DNA of 62,839 bases, filler included. It is 7 parts of 7 records of this genome, joined end to end, with 100 filler letters (N's around TTAATTAATTAA, not from the genome) between each part and the next. Parts side by side here need not be neighbours in the genome. Positions count along the whole stretch, not along the records: positions 57,839 to 62,839 come from SRR31156797_30061; 6 more parts are not named here. One strand, given 5' to 3'. This document shows, piece after piece, positions 62,749 through 62,839 of this stretch. Positions within the stretch are counted from its first letter, which is position 1. Each line of letters begins with the position of its first letter. The translations under genes and the position numbers were made by a program. The notes beneath the pieces were generated by a model. The model was not told where the DNA came from. It saw only the letters and a list, made by a program, of their open reading frames with translations, and did no database searches.

Positions 62749-62839
62749 TTATTTATGGTAATCGGTAATTTCTACGTTTTCGGCGTGACCGTCAATCCAG
62801 TTGAAACAAATTCGCCACTGATCATTAATCCTAATGCTA
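62749..62839 (-). CDS. higB: HigB (RelE/ParE family) toxin, C-terminal fragment
   Basis: Manual translation gives SIRINDQWRICFNWIDGHAENVEITDYHK*, directly upstream of higA. Confidence 0.9.
   Translation of the reverse strand, partial: SIRINDQWRICFNWIDGHAENVEITDYHK

Larger units (their letters stand above)
57839..62839 (+). mobile_element. Phage/prophage DNA replication-recombination segment
   Basis: Tightly packed co-oriented genes (AAA ATPase, SSB-like, SF2 helicase, Cas4-like nuclease, several small ORFs) with no housekeeping genes. Confidence 0.8.

Noticed and set aside
57839-62839. Stop-codon reassignment in the phage contig
   Set aside because: Genes are full-length and tightly packed under the standard code, and TAA, TAG and TGA all act as stops.

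Overview
The window is not one locus. It is seven unrelated metagenomic contigs joined by artificial 100-nt spacers (N-runs around TTAATTAATTAA). Taxonomic labels are inferred from gene content, promoter style and base composition. (1) 1-7950, GC-rich, probably a spirochaete: HEAT-like repeat gene, GAF gene, glpK, MBL-fold/cNMP-binding protein, FAD oxidoreductase, partial prfC. (2) 8051-15689, FCB-group-like bacterium: zupT, a lipoprotein, a ~1830-aa single-chain acyl-CoA carboxylase, and a four-helix-bundle gene bracketed by octamer tandem arrays; other short-unit arrays and a GTAG-type palindrome lie in the other intergenic gaps. (3) 15790-23850, Bacteroidota: nifJ end, radA, rfaE2, flippase-like gene, panD, panC, thioredoxin-like gene, coiled-coil gene, T9SS protein. 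(4) 23951-32590, Bacteroidota: sucC, TrmH-family methyltransferase, POT transporter, nnr, lipoprotein, tandemly duplicated SusE/F-like protein. (5) 32691-51324, Vibrionaceae: tRNA-fMet end, rimP-nusA-infB-rbfA-truB-rpsO-pnp-nlpI, double-PilZ gene, radA, stand-alone fusA, acyl-CoA synthetase. (6) 51425-57738, Desulfovibrionaceae-like: glcD/glcF-like pair, two membrane paralogs, partial secA. (7) 57839-62839, phage/prophage: AAA ATPase, SSB-like protein, SF2 helicase, DUF4258-like protein, Cas4-like nuclease, inverted higBA. The best candidate for an undescribed system is the repeat-flanked four-helix-bundle cassette with its orphan arrays. Next are the GAF ORF in frame with the glpK amber stop (probable ATC start), the multidomain carboxylase and the phage Cas4-like module. 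No CRISPR array or rRNA was seen.
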